Of a stretch of DNA of 64,000 nucleotides, positions 62,972 to 64,000 are shown in pieces. Where the stretch lies: NCBI GenBank assembly GCA_976226885.1, contig OZ320315.1, forward strand, positions 11,594,001 through 11,658,000, written 5' to 3'. The DNA is from Iphione sp. A-MEVVRFRX5. Lineage: Eukaryota. Under the pieces are notes generated by a model. The model was given only the letters and a program-made list of their open reading frames with translations. It was not told the DNA's origin and made no database searches. The position numbers and the translations under genes were made by a program. Every line of letters begins with the position of its first letter. Positions within the stretch are counted from its first letter, which is position 1.

Positions 62972-63459
62972 CTGAAACCGAACAAAAAAAGCTTTATTGA
63001 GCGAAATTCAACCTCATCAAAGGAATTATTTAGTCTACTCCACGGACAATGGCTCTCGACGGGTGGGATTTCTACCAACGCAAATCGTTTTTTTTTTCAA
63101 AAAGAGATCTACCATTATCATATCGTTATTAAAGATGACATTGTTTCTTAACTAGTACATGCATTTCAATAATATATAAACTTTGCTACTATAAGCAGAC
63201 TTATGTCCGCGTATATTTAATACTGGGATTATTACGACACTACTATACCGCGTCGGTGGAAATCATAGCGTCCAATCTCTTTATCAGCATGGGAAATCAA
63301 TACCCAGGAAAATACCTAATTGGCGGGAATTAGTCGAAGATGTTGTTTCGTAGTCTTAAATTAAAATAATCTACCCTCCTATCTGACGGGACGTCCCTTT
63401 AATGTAATTAATATTTTATTTCACGGGAGATCACAAACGCAGACTAGGCTTGGAGGAAG

Positions 63460-63985
63460 GGAGGGAAGGAGCCTGAGTGATAGGGGTGATGCAGGAGGGA
63501 GGGAGCAGGGTGGAGGAAGGATGCAGAGGGAGGGAGGGTCTGGGAGACGAAGGATGGCAGGAGGGTGAGGTGAGATACAGGGTCAGGCAGGAGGGAGGGA
63601 GCAGGATGGAGGAAGGATGCGGAGGGATGAAGGGTCTGGGAGACGAGAGATATCAGGAGGGTGAGGTGAGATACAGGGACAGGCAGGAGGGAGGGAGCAG
63701 GGTGGAGGAAGGATGCGGAGGGATGAAGGGTCTGGGAGACGAGAGATATCAGGAGGGTGAGGTGAGATACAGGGACAGGCAGGAGGGAGGGAGCAGGGTG
63801 GAGGAAGGATGCGGAGGGATGAAGGGTCTGGGAGACGAGAGATATCAGGAGGGTGAGGTGAGATACAGGGACAGGCAGGAGGGAGGGAGCAGGGTGGAGG
63901 AAGGATGCGGAGGGAGGAAGGGTCTGGGAGACCGGGGATGCCAGGAGGGTGAGCTGAGAGTCAGAGTGAGGATGATGGGAGGGAA
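63460..63985. repeat. 96-bp purine-rich tandem repeat, ~5.5 copies
   Basis: GTGAGGTGAGATACAGGG anchors 96 bp apart (63661, 63757). Confidence 0.95.
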
Positions 63986-64000
63986 AAGAGAAGGGGAGGG

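Noticed and set aside
63129-63404. TTAA-flanked (Kolobok/piggyBac-like) element
   Set aside because: The right end GTCCCTTTAA is suggestive, but the left end TTAAAGATGAC matches poorly.
2371-63985. CRISPR-like interpretation of the regular arrays
   Set aside because: Units are head-to-tail with no unique spacers, there are no cas genes, and the context is eukaryotic.

Overview
This is eukaryotic, animal-like genomic DNA. A marine invertebrate is my inference, from TACATGTA/(CA)n/(GA)n microsatellites, Tc1/mariner-type MITEs, decayed LINEs and CTCF-like motifs. Three sized N-gaps suggest a scaffolded short-read assembly. I found no complete protein-coding gene, rRNA, functional tRNA, known miRNA, homeobox or CRISPR array. 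Most long ORFs in the track are artefacts of tandem or low-complexity repeats. The window alternates about 30 locus-specific minisatellites (9-160 bp units) with short CpG-rich unique islands, as expected for very large introns or a regulatory intergenic region. The strongest signals are: (1) a splice-bounded minus-strand exon candidate at 33891-34015 that translates to a fibronectin type III-like C-terminal half; (2) seven exact CTCF-core matches against about 0.1 expected, in orientation-polarised blocks, plus YY1/Pho-like and CRE motifs; (3) two tandem arrays of tRNA-derived ~52-57 bp units, one next to a tandem repeat carrying CTCF cores; (4) MITEs with clear terminal inverted repeats. Everything was read by eye with no database search, so exon, LINE and motif calls are hypotheses. 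I cannot claim a demonstrated novel system.
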